From an uncultured delta proteobacterium (GTDB taxonomy: Bacteria > Desulfobacterota > Binatia > UBA9968): a stretch of 64,000 bases of DNA. The notes beneath the pieces are model-generated. The model did not search any database, had not been told where the DNA came from, and saw nothing but the letters and a program-made list of their open reading frames with translations. The stretch's first letter is position 1, and the number at the start of each line of letters is the position of its first letter. A program made the position numbers and the translations under genes. Of the stretch, positions 1-8,993 are shown piece after piece. The stretch lies in NCBI GenBank assembly GCA_963745835.1, contig CAVUZH010000016.1:448001-512000 (forward strand). The letters run 5' to 3'.

Positions 1-285
1 GTGACAAAGATCTTCCCGTTTTAGATATATCTTGGCACCACCCAATTTCTCGGTGAGCCGTTCAGCAAAGTAGAGCGGAGTTTCCCGACCGGCATACTCC
101 CGCAGGTGAAGATGAAACATTTTTCGAAAGATGGAGTCACGACGCGCCTTACCGTAAGCCGCTTCCAGCTCCATGAGAGCCGGCATCAGTGTTTCGGCGA
201 CGTAGCGCCCGCCATATGGGCCAAAATGGCCGTGTCGGTCAGGCAGCTTCTTTAGCTGTGCGGATGAAGTGTTTGATTTTTTCAT
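1..285 (-). CDS. trpB: Tryptophan synthase beta chain, N-terminal part (runs off the window start)
   Basis: Manual translation: [37 protein letters not shown]...[32 protein letters not shown]. Overlaps the trpF 3' end. Confidence 0.95.
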   Translation of the reverse strand, partial: MKKSNTSSAQLKKLPDRHGHFGPYGGRYVAETLMPALMELEAAYGKARRDSIFRKMFHLHLREYAGRETPLYFAERLTEKLGGAKIYLKREDLCH

Positions 286-868
286 GATCCTTAAAACCGG
301 GCCGAACCTCTACGCCGCTGCACACGTCAACGGCGTAGGGATGAAGCCGCCGAATAGCGTCGGCGACGTTGTCGAGATTTAGCCCGCCCGACAGAATGAT
401 TTTTCCAGTATCGAATCCTTCCAACCATTCCCACGGAAATGACGCGCCGGAGCCGCCGTATCCGGCCGACCAAGAGTCGAGAAGGTAATAATCCGCAGGG
501 AAGTCGTGAATCATCTCTAAAGAATGTTTATCTTTGAGCCGAAAAGCCTTGATCACTCGGATGCCCCAGCCACGGCAATCATCGGGACTCTCTTCGCCAT
601 GGAATTGGACACCTTGATACCCGGATTGCCCGTCAGGCAGCGCGCTGTCAGCTAAAATTTGCCTGATCCGCTCTTTGGCCTCGTTGACGAACAATGCGAC
701 ATTACATGACCTCGCCGGCAATTGGCGCACGATGGCGCAAGCCTCATCCGGGGCAAGATAGCGCGGGCTTGGCGGATAGAAATTAAAACCCAGCGCGTCG
801 GCGCCATATTCCAACGCCTTCTCGGCATCCGCCAGATTTGTAATACCGCAGACTTTTACCTTAACCAT
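239..868 (-). CDS. trpF: Phosphoribosylanthranilate isomerase
   Basis: [28 protein letters not shown] and VDVCSGVE motifs; trp operon context. Confidence 0.97.
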   Translation of the reverse strand: MVKVKVCGITNLADAEKALEYGADALGFNFYPPSPRYLAPDEACAIVRQLPARSCNVALFVNEAKERIRQILADSALPDGQSGYQGVQFHGEESPDDCRGWGIRVIKAFRLKDKHSLEMIHDFPADYYLLDSWSAGYGGSGASFPWEWLEGFDTGKIILSGGLNLDNVADAIRRLHPYAVDVCSGVEVRPGFKDHEKIKHFIRTAKEAA

Positions 869-924
869 TGATGATGGGCCGATCTCATAGGCAATAGCAG
901 ATTGCGGGCTGCTTTCTTACGAAT

Positions 925-1705
925 CTAGGATCGCAGCAACTCTTGAAGCTTCTCACCCGGACTGGGGGCGCGCATGAGAGATTCGCCGATCAGAAAGGTA
1001 TGGATGCCCCACCGTTCAACTTGCCTGATTTGTTCAGCGCCGTCGATACCGCTCTCACAAACAGTCAGAGTACCGGCGGGAACTCGCGATGCCAGCTTCT
1101 CCGTAGTTGCCAAGCTGACTTCAAAGGTCCTGAGATCCCGGTTGTTGATGCCGATTATTTCCGCGTCCGCCTGCAGCGCTTGCTCCAACTCTTCCTCATT
1201 GTGAACTTCGACCAGAGCTGTCCAGCGATAAAGCAGCCGCTGTTTCCCGCAGTTCGCGCAGAAGTGATGGCTCCAGCAATGCAGCAATCAGCAAGACTGC
1301 GTCGGCGCCATAACTTCGTGCCTCAGTCACCTGGTAGCGGTCGATGATGAAATCTTTTCGCAACAGCGGCACCTTAACCGCGGCTTTAATCTCTTCCAGG
1401 TATGTCAAACTGCCCTGAAAAAAACGCTCCTCGGTGAGCACCGAGATCGCACTGGCGCCATGATCGGCATAATCTCTGGCGATAACCACCGGACTGAAAT
1501 CGGCTCGAATCAAACCTTTCGAGGGTGAGGATCGTTTAATCTCTGCGATGATGCGCCGGCTAGGGCCATTCAGGCTCCGGGCAAAGCCCCTGGTCGGTTG
1601 ATGATACAATGGCCGCTCATGCAACGCCGCCAGCGGAGTTTGCTTTTGCCGATTTTCAACTACAGCGCGCACATGCTCGACAATGTTGGCGAGAAAGTCA
1701 GCCAT
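925..1705 (-). CDS. trpC: Indole-3-glycerol phosphate synthase, split by a +1 indel near 1220 (probable sequencing error)
   Basis: ORF 1196-1705 has IAEIKRSSPSKG, SVLTEERFFQGS and LRKDF. ORF 925-1287 has LVEVHNEEEL, GINNRDL, ESGI and LIGESLM. Confidence 0.93.
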
Positions 1706-1711
1706 AAGCCT

Positions 1712-2728
1712 TTATGCGGCGTTGGTCAGTTGCGCCAAGTGCTCGAGCTTTTGCCGCGCCTTTCCCGAATCGATGGAATCTGCCGCAACCCGGATGGCGT
1801 GTTCGAATGTCTCGGCTTTCCCGCTGACGTACAATGCTGCGCCACTGTTGAGTAGCACCACATCCCGCGCCGGGCCCTTCTCACCTTGGAAAACGCGCTT
1901 GATTATCGCGGCGCTCTCGGTGGCGCTGCCGGCGTGGAGAGCTTCCAGAGGATATATCTTGAAATTCAGCTTCTCCGGTTCGAGCGTATACTCTTTGACT
2001 TCGCCGTGGCGCAACTCGGCAATTTTTGTCGGGCCGCACAGCGATATCTCATCCAACCCCTCCATGCCATGAACCACCATGGCGCGCGCGCTGCCCAGAT
2101 TTCTTAACACGTGGGCGATCACCGAAACGAGCTCACCGTCGTAAACGCCGATCAATTGGTGGTTTGCCATAGCCGGGTTGGTGAGCGGCCCGAGCAAATT
2201 AAAGATCGTTCGTATACCGATATCGCGGCGCGGTTGCACGGCATATTTCATCGCTTCATGGAGCAACGGGGCGAACAAGAATCCAATGCCGATCTTTTGG
2301 ATACAGCTTTCAACGCATTCTCTGGGAGCATCGACTTTAACCCCCAATTCGGCGAGCACATCGGCGCTTCCCGACTGGCTCGACACCGAACGGTTGCCAT
2401 GTTTGGCAACATCGACTCCAGCTCCCGCCGCGACAAAGGCCGAAGCTGTCGATATATTGAAAGTGCCTTTTTGATCCCCGCCAGTGCCACAGGTGTCCAA
2501 CACAACTTTAGAACCGACTTGAACACGATGGGCCTTTTCGCGCATCACACGCGCCGCGCCGGTAATTTCTTCTACGGTCTCCCCTTTCATACGGAGCGCA
2601 GTGAGAAAGGATGCCACCTGCAAAGGTGTCGCCTCACCTGTCATAATCTGATTTATGACATCGACGGTTTCCTCTTCGGAAAGGTTATTGCGTTTGACCA
2701 CTCTCTCGATCGCTTCTCGGATATTCAT
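1712..2728 (-). CDS. trpD: Anthranilate phosphoribosyltransferase
   Basis: DTCGTGGD, FNIST, KHGNRSVSSQSGSADVL and GLDEIS motifs. Confidence 0.97.
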   Translation of the reverse strand: MNIREAIERVVKRNNLSEEETVDVINQIMTGEATPLQVASFLTALRMKGETVEEITGAARVMREKAHRVQVGSKVVLDTCGTGGDQKGTFNISTASAFVAAGAGVDVAKHGNRSVSSQSGSADVLAELGVKVDAPRECVESCIQKIGIGFLFAPLLHEAMKYAVQPRRDIGIRTIFNLLGPLTNPAMANHQLIGVYDGELVSVIAHVLRNLGSARAMVVHGMEGLDEISLCGPTKIAELRHGEVKEYTLEPEKLNFKIYPLEALHAGSATESAAIIKRVFQGEKGPARDVVLLNSGAALYVSGKAETFEHAIRVAADSIDSGKARQKLEHLAQLTNAA

Positions 2729-2746
2729 AATCGCCTGGATCTTCAG

Positions 2747-3436
2747 TCATCTGCTCGTGGCAAACGCTTTGGCCAAGTGTTCCTTTCTTTTCAAAGACTC
2801 TTGTGTTTTCTCGGCCTCGTCACGTGACTCAAAACGGCCCACTCGAACCCGATACCAGACTCTCCCCTGATTGCGTGACTCAGATAAGTAGGCGTTGTAG
2901 CCTTTATCCCTGAGCCTATCAACCCAGGTTTTGGCGGACTTTTCATCCGGAAATGCGTTGACTTGAACAGTCCAGGGCTTGCTAGATTCTTTAGCATCAG
3001 CTTCAGCAGGCCGAGGTTTGCTGGCAGCCTGCGCGGTCTTGTCCTCAGCCCGTTTGGCCACTGATGCCACCTCTTGCTTAGCCGACAATCTAATTTCTCT
3101 GGAATCAGCTTTAGAGTTTTTCTCGGCTTTTTTGGCTTCTCGCGTTTCTTCTTCGGACCGGGCTTGCGCCGGAGCCGGCCTAGTCAAGGTGTCATAAAAC
3201 GTTATTTCCTCCTTCGAGGCAGCAGTCCCTGAGTTGGCCCCCTGCGTCGGCCTGATGGGAATTCTCATCGCCGGCTCGGCCGGTTTGACAATTTTCCGTT
3301 CTTCCGTCCCCTGTCCCACCAACATGCCCAAAAAGAAAACGATCATGGAAGCAACGCTAAAGCCGCAACCCAGCAGGAGGAACTGGCCGCGACTAAAGTA
3401 GAAGCGTTTATCCTTTCCCTTGCGATTCTCTGCCAT
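2747..3436 (-). CDS. SPOR domain cell-division protein (FtsN/DedD-like)
   Basis: N-terminal TM helix, low-complexity linker and C-terminal SPOR domain (WTVQVNAF...WYRVRVGRF). Directly follows argS. Confidence 0.85.
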   Translation of the reverse strand: MAENRKGKDKRFYFSRGQFLLLGCGFSVASMIVFFLGMLVGQGTEERKIVKPAEPAMRIPIRPTQGANSGTAASKEEITFYDTLTRPAPAQARSEEETREAKKAEKNSKADSREIRLSAKQEVASVAKRAEDKTAQAASKPRPAEADAKESSKPWTVQVNAFPDEKSAKTWVDRLRDKGYNAYLSESRNQGRVWYRVRVGRFESRDEAEKTQESLKRKEHLAKAFATSR

Positions 3437-3470
3437 AGATGCCTTTCCTTTGGGGATAAGGTGGCGATCG

Positions 3471-5159
3471 TCACCGTTCGAGGTCAGATCGCGAATTCAT
3501 CTTCATCGGAGCATCGATGCCCAATAAGGTCAGGCCGCGGCGAATGGTCAACTGGACCATGTGCGCCAACAACATGCGCGCCCGGGTCAACTCTCGATCT
3601 TCGGAGAGGATGCGAGTCCGATTGTAGTAGCGATGGAATTCTCCAGCTAAATCCAACAGAAAAAAAACCATGCGGTGCGGTTCGAGCTCTCGGACGCTCT
3701 CTTCCAGAACATCGTTGAATTGAGCCATTCGGCGGATGAGCTCGATCTCCTCAGCCAGTTGCAGCGGCTCCACCGCGATTGCCCCAAGATCTGCCGCATT
3801 CCAGACTATTCCGCTCCTGTGCGCCCGTTCGAAAATACTCGCGACGCGAGCGTGAGCGTACTGTACATAAAATACCGGATTCTCGCTCGACTGCTGCTTG
3901 GCTAGATCCAAGTCAAAATCGAGGTGACTATCGGCCTTGCGCATTAGAAAGAAGAAGCGCGCCGCATCTCGTCCTACTTCGTCCAAAACTTCCTGCAGCG
4001 CGACGAATTCTCCGGTGCGTTTACCCATGCGAACAGGTTCCCCAGCTCTGGTGAGTTGAACCATTTGCACGAGAACAACGCGCAAGATGCTGTCATCGTA
4101 ACCTAGTCCGCGCAGAGATGCCTTCAACCGCGGCACATAGCCATGGTGGTCGGCACCCCAGACGTTGATGAGTTTGCCAAAGCCGCGTTCGAGCTTATTG
4201 CGGTGGTAGGCGATATCCGCAGCAAAATAGGTGAGCTCACCATCGCTCTTAATCACCGTCCGGTCCTTATCGTCGCCAAAGGCGGTGGACTGAAACCATT
4301 CAGCGCCATCGTTGGAGTAAACCAAACCCCGGTCGCGCAACAAGCTAATTGACTCAGCGATCTCGCCTCGCTCTCGCATGGCTTTTTCGCTGAAAAAAGA
4401 GTCGAAGCGAATATCAAAAGCGCTCAACTGCTGCCGGATCATATGGAGCAGAGAATCGCCGCCATAGCGGCGAAAAAATTCTACTGCAGCTTCTCGGCTC
4501 TGGCTGAGAAACTTATCGCCGTGTTGATTCTTGATTTCCGCGGCAATGTCTTTGACATACTCGCCGGGGTAACCGCCTTCGGGAAGCTCCAATGTATCGC
4601 CGAATAGTTCGCGATATCGCGCATACACCGACAGCCCGAGATTCTCCATTTGATTGCCGGCGTCGTTGACGTAATACTCCCGCTCGACATTGAAGCCGGT
4701 GGCTTCATGCAACCGAGCCAGCACATCGCCGATCACCGCGACTCTTCCATGACCCACATGTAAGGGGCCGGTCGGATTTACGCTGGCAAATTCGATCTGA
4801 ACCTTCTTCCCATGTCCAAGATCCAGCTGTGCATCCTTACCAGCCACCAGATCGCGCACACGCTGGTAATAAAATTTTTTCGAAAAGGTAAAGTTTAAAA
4901 AACCGGGACCAGCAATGTCGATGCGCTGAAGTATCCCTTCCGGATCTTCGATATTCTTGGCGATAGCGTCGGCGATGAGTCTCGGCGGTTTCTTCGCTGT
5001 CTTTGCCCAGTGCATCGCAATGTTGGTCGCCAAATCGCCAAACTCCCGTTGTTTTGGCAGCTCAAAAACTAAAGGGGGGATTTCTGTCAGATTCAGATCT
5101 CCCGCCTTCGATGTCTTCTCGATGGCTCGGGTTAACAAACCCGCAAGGTGATTTCGCAT
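3471..5159 (-). CDS. argS: Arginine--tRNA ligase
   Basis: EFASVNPTGPLHVGHGR (HIGH motif), WGADHHGY, MGKRTG and YVQYAHAR. Confidence 0.98.
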   Translation of the reverse strand: MRNHLAGLLTRAIEKTSKAGDLNLTEIPPLVFELPKQREFGDLATNIAMHWAKTAKKPPRLIADAIAKNIEDPEGILQRIDIAGPGFLNFTFSKKFYYQRVRDLVAGKDAQLDLGHGKKVQIEFASVNPTGPLHVGHGRVAVIGDVLARLHEATGFNVEREYYVNDAGNQMENLGLSVYARYRELFGDTLELPEGGYPGEYVKDIAAEIKNQHGDKFLSQSREAAVEFFRRYGGDSLLHMIRQQLSAFDIRFDSFFSEKAMRERGEIAESISLLRDRGLVYSNDGAEWFQSTAFGDDKDRTVIKSDGELTYFAADIAYHRNKLERGFGKLINVWGADHHGYVPRLKASLRGLGYDDSILRVVLVQMVQLTRAGEPVRMGKRTGEFVALQEVLDEVGRDAARFFFLMRKADSHLDFDLDLAKQQSSENPVFYVQYAHARVASIFERAHRSGIVWNAADLGAIAVEPLQLAEEIELIRRMAQFNDVLEESVRELEPHRMVFFLLDLAGEFHRYYNRTRILSEDRELTRARMLLAHMVQLTIRRGLTLLGIDAPMKMNSRSDLER

Positions 5160-5258
5160 GGGTGGCTTAATGGATTGATTTTCTTCCGCTCAGGCGGTGA
5201 CACGCCGCAGACGATGACTTAGCACGGCTCGATTATACTGGGAAAGCGGTTGAAAAAC

Positions 5259-5285
5259 ACCGTTATAACGAACATTTATAACGGT
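5259..5285. promoter_or_regulatory. Perfect 10-bp inverted repeat (operator or weak terminator)
   Basis: ACCGTTATAA-cgaacat-TTATAACGGT. Followed by GTTTTT on the minus strand; lies upstream of argS. Confidence 0.45.
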
Positions 5286-5377
5286 TTATCGGGCTTCAAG
5301 TCAACGAGAACCCTAGCTAACCGGAGCGCCAGCAAGGTTATGTCGATGCGCCGGATCGTCCGAGAGCGGCGCTTTAA

Positions 5378-5863
5378 CTATGTCGATTTACCTGAAGAAC
5401 TGTCGAACCTGTCCTCAAGTTCTCCAATGTAAGCCGCCAAGCTGTTTCCGGTCTGTTCTAAAGCTCCTCGCAAGTCGCGCTCGAGCTGATCCAATCTGGT
5501 TAACAGCAGAGATTTTGATTGCTCCATATCACCGGCCAACTTCTCTAACTCAGTCTCCAGTGAGGTTCGCAATTGATTGAAACGGGAGGTTTCGGCTTGC
5601 TCGGCCAATTCACGCTGCGACTGCAGTTCGCGTGCATGGCGGCGGCTCTCCAGGAGAACGGTTGATTGCAAATAGGTGATGTAAACGAGAAAGAGAAGAG
5701 TTAACAACGCTACGATCGCCAATAAAATCAACCCAAGAGGCGCTTCAACTGATGTAAATCCTAGAGAAAGCGCCGTCGGCGCTATAAAAGCGCTCCAATT
5801 TAGCGCCGAAAAAACCGCTATCAGGCCCAAGACAGCCAATATCATCAGCGTGCGCAAATACAT
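5378..5863 (-). CDS. LapA-family (DUF1049-like) membrane protein with coiled-coil tail
   Basis: Two TM segments around F(SA)LNW...LSLGF...EAPLGLILL, then a coiled coil. Confidence 0.7.
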   Translation of the reverse strand: MYLRTLMILAVLGLIAVFSALNWSAFIAPTALSLGFTSVEAPLGLILLAIVALLTLLFLVYITYLQSTVLLESRRHARELQSQRELAEQAETSRFNQLRTSLETELEKLAGDMEQSKSLLLTRLDQLERDLRGALEQTGNSLAAYIGELEDRFDSSSGKST

Positions 5864-6062
5864 GAAGACCTCCTGACGGCTGCGCTCCCGTTAGACGCGC
5901 CTCAAGCCGCAGCTACCTTGAAGAATGCTCGATCAGCGTGACGCCGGAAAGTTCCAGAACAATGCTCCAGAACCTGAGATTGCGGTTCCGAAGGGGTCCC
6001 AGCTCGGGTTGGACTAACGAGAGAGCGGCCACTGCCCGAATACTCGGTGAAATGCCGCCGTT

Positions 6063-6953
6063 CTATGACTCTAATTCAGGCTTCCTCCCGGTGATAAGAT
6101 CGTAGACGTTGCAGGCGATTCCGGTGGCTTCGTAGCCATCCGTCCCCGTAGCTTGAGCGATTGAAAACATCTGATAGGCCAAAGCAACAAATGGCATGGG
6201 AACTTCCATCTGACGCGCCATGTCCAATCCGAATCCGACGTCTTTGGGCATCCATGATTTGCGCGGCTTGAATTTCCGGTTGACAACGATCTCGCAAATG
6301 CGATCGATAGCGACGGAGTTTTGCTGCGAATTTTTGAGCACGGTGCGAAAAGTTTCTTCGGAAAGTCCCCCCTTTTTTAGCCAGGCGGCAATTTCCACCA
6401 GACTCAAGTGCTGCACTGCGGCAAACATGGCCATAGCATTTTTCACCAGTTTGGCATTGCCGAGGTCGCCGACGTAGAGGACTTTATTACCCATGGCGTT
6501 AAATACCGGCTGATGTTCGTCAAACAACTCTTTAGAACCGGAAATCCATAACGAGAGAGTTCCTGCAGCCGCCGCTTCTTCGACCCCGCCGGCCGAGCCA
6601 TCGAGAACCGTCCAACCCTTTTGGGCCAGCTGATTAGCGACATCAACAATGGTTTTTTTGTCGATGCTGCTGAAGTCGATCCAGAGCTTGGTCCCACGGG
6701 TTGCCTGATGCAACCCGCCATTACCCAGACCGACGGCCTGCACCGCTTCGTTGTATGGCAGCATAGACATAACGATATCACAGGATTCGGCAACCGCTCT
6801 GGGTGATTCCTTGAACACCGCTCCCTGGCTTTCCAAGCTGCTACACTGCTCTCGGCGTAAATCATGAATCACCAACCGGTGTCCTGCCTTGATCAGATTA
6901 GCAGCCATACCACTGCCCATGCCGCCGGTTCCGATAAAGCCTAGTGTTTTCAT
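6063..6953 (-). CDS. NAD(P)-dependent oxidoreductase, 3-hydroxyisobutyrate dehydrogenase family
   Basis: LGFIGTGGMGSGMAANL Rossmann motif, KLVKN catalytic Lys, KD motif. Confidence 0.85.
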   Translation of the reverse strand: MKTLGFIGTGGMGSGMAANLIKAGHRLVIHDLRREQCSSLESQGAVFKESPRAVAESCDIVMSMLPYNEAVQAVGLGNGGLHQATRGTKLWIDFSSIDKKTIVDVANQLAQKGWTVLDGSAGGVEEAAAAGTLSLWISGSKELFDEHQPVFNAMGNKVLYVGDLGNAKLVKNAMAMFAAVQHLSLVEIAAWLKKGGLSEETFRTVLKNSQQNSVAIDRICEIVVNRKFKPRKSWMPKDVGFGLDMARQMEVPMPFVALAYQMFSIAQATGTDGYEATGIACNVYDLITGRKPELES

Positions 6954-6972
6954 TTAACCTCCCACAGCAAAT

Positions 6973-7383
6973 TCATTGGGCCTTCTCTGCGGAGACGAGT
7001 CGCACACCTTCGGGCCACAACACCAAAACTAGAGTATCACCGACAGCCCGCGGCGTGTGAACCGAATGTGCGTCAAGGTACACGACATCGCCTTTGTCGA
7101 ATCGGCCGCTTTCATCGTCGATCCTACCCTTCAACACGAGATAAAACTCTCCGCCCAGATGCTCATGCTTGACGAACGCATCCGCAGCGGCATCGGCGGC
7201 GATTCGATAAAGCACCAGTTCCCGTTTGCCCTCCTTCGCCAACCGGGCCATTGACAGGCCATTGCCGAAGTCGCGCCAGGATAAACGATTGATGCTATCT
7301 TCAACTAACTGGATGTCGACGATATCTTTAATCGATGTTCGAAAAACTGTCGTGCCCATGTTCCTTCCTGGGCTAAATAACAT
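6973..7383 (-). CDS. ChrR-like cupin domain protein
   Basis: HEHLGGE...VLKG...D...GD...HSVHTP cupin pattern; start codon uncertain. Confidence 0.7.
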   Translation of the reverse strand: MLFSPGRNMGTTVFRTSIKDIVDIQLVEDSINRLSWRDFGNGLSMARLAKEGKRELVLYRIAADAAADAFVKHEHLGGEFYLVLKGRIDDESGRFDKGDVVYLDAHSVHTPRAVGDTLVLVLWPEGVRLVSAEKAQ

Positions 7384-7501
7384 GCGGCTTGATCGAACGA
7401 AAGCGCATTGCGAGTGTCGCGCTGCGCATCAACTGGCCAAATTACCCAAATTGAATTTGATACATAGTCCTCGAAAACGGCCGGACAGCGTGCAGCTTCG
7501 A

Positions 7502-8101
7502 CTATTCGATCGCCCGATTCCATTCCTTGATCGCCGGGATCCCTTGATAATAACTGAGAATGTTCAGAGTCCCAGTATCAAGAAGAAAATGACGCCCAAC
7601 ACCCGCCGCGAATCCCAACCAGCGCGCCGCAACCACCCGCAGCAAGTGCCCGTGGGCGAAGAGCGCAACGTTTCCTTGCTGGCGACGCGCTTTGGCGATG
7701 ATGCGATCAGCACGGTCACCCACCTGCTCAGGTGTCTCGCCGCCCGGGGAGCCGTGGTCAAAGAGCAACCAGCCTGGGACCTTTTGGTGAATCTCACGTG
7801 ACGTCAATCCTTCGTATTCGCCGTAATTCCACTCCATCAGATCGTCATCGATCTCCGCGGCAGCGCCCAGTCCGCTAAGTTCACAGGTCTCCCTGGCGCG
7901 CTTAAGCGGGCTGGTTAGGACCATGACAAACCTCTGCTTGGCCAAAAATGGTTCCAGCCGCTTCGCCAGCATCCGGCCATTTTCCGTCAGCGGAAGATCG
8001 GTGATTCCGGTGTGCTGCCCGGTGAGGCTCCACTCCGTTTCGCCATGCCGGATGAGAAAGACCTGCTGGTTGTCTCTATTGATATTTTGGGTTGCCAGCA
8101 G
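7502..8101 (-). CDS. Histidine phosphatase (phosphoglycerate mutase family)
   Basis: In-frame extension upstream of the ORF-track ATG gives VFLIRHGETEWSLTGQHTG. Also SPLKRARET, EWNYGEYEG and FAHGH. Start is probably CTG at 8101 or 8098. Confidence 0.88.
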   Translation of the reverse strand: MLATQNINRDNQQVFLIRHGETEWSLTGQHTGITDLPLTENGRMLAKRLEPFLAKQRFVMVLTSPLKRARETCELSGLGAAAEIDDDLMEWNYGEYEGLTSREIHQKVPGWLLFDHGSPGGETPEQVGDRADRIIAKARRQQGNVALFAHGHLLRVVAARWLGFAAGVGRHFLLDTGTLNILSYYQGIPAIKEWNRAIE

Positions 8102-8221
8102 ATTACCCCTTGGTTCGAATTCGTCTCATGCGCCCTTGAAGCCATAGCGCGAGGAAGCGATCGGACTAAACAAATCCATTTCCCATGAGCGTTGATACGA
8201 CAGCAGCCGTATCTGTCTATT

Positions 8222-8650
8222 TTACGCTCTACCCTCCGGTCGCACGATTAAAGCCGAACAAGGCGCTTCCTTGATAGCGTGTTCGGCGGTGCCGCCTAAA
8301 AAAATTTGCTCCAGCGAGGTAGTTCCTTTGGTTCCCAACACGATGAGATCGGCGCGCCAATCACGCGCGCGATTGACGATCTCATCGAAGGCGCGCCCGC
8401 TGGCAACCTCAGTAGTGAGTGTCACCTTTTCGAGAGCCGACTGCGAGGACGCGACTAGCTGTTCGATCGCAGCGTTCGCCTTTTGAACGAATTCCACGGC
8501 GGCTTCCCCCGGCGCCGCCGGCCAGGCTTCAATCACATGAAGGAGATGCAAGGACGCCGAATGGACAGAGGCCATGTCAGCGGCGATGCGAAACGCCTCG
8601 AGTGAGTTGGGCGAGAAATCGACGGCGATCAATATTCGCTTGAATGGCAT
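8222..8650 (-). CDS. Universal stress protein (UspA family)
   Basis: ILIAVDFSPNS, LLHV, DLIVLGTKG...LGGTAE...APC. Confidence 0.92.
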   Translation of the reverse strand: MPFKRILIAVDFSPNSLEAFRIAADMASVHSASLHLLHVIEAWPAAPGEAAVEFVQKANAAIEQLVASSQSALEKVTLTTEVASGRAFDEIVNRARDWRADLIVLGTKGTTSLEQIFLGGTAEHAIKEAPCSALIVRPEGRA

Positions 8651-8993
8651 GATTGATCTCCTGTTCCTGCTTCAAAGTCTTAGTTACGTTAGCATACACA
8701 GAAACGAGCCGAGGAAGTAAGCAGGCTTACACTGAATGTCACGAGCTGCATCGATTGTGGGACAAAACGGGGCAACCTAGCCCCGCAAGAGCGCTCCATA
8801 AGTATATAAATCACGGTATCCGCTATTTCTATCCGTGTAATCAGATATCCGACCAAAGATATTAGACTTTTAACGGCTACTGTGATTTCGATATGTGGAT
8901 GCCTGCACAAGATGAGACCGACGGCTCCGAACAAACTTCGATGACAGAAAAACACACTGGCCAAGCACTAGCGACTGATGGAATCGTACAACC

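Noticed and set aside
5880-6060. GCCACTG suggesting a cobalamin riboswitch
   Set aside because: The other B12-box elements are absent and the orientation and context do not fit
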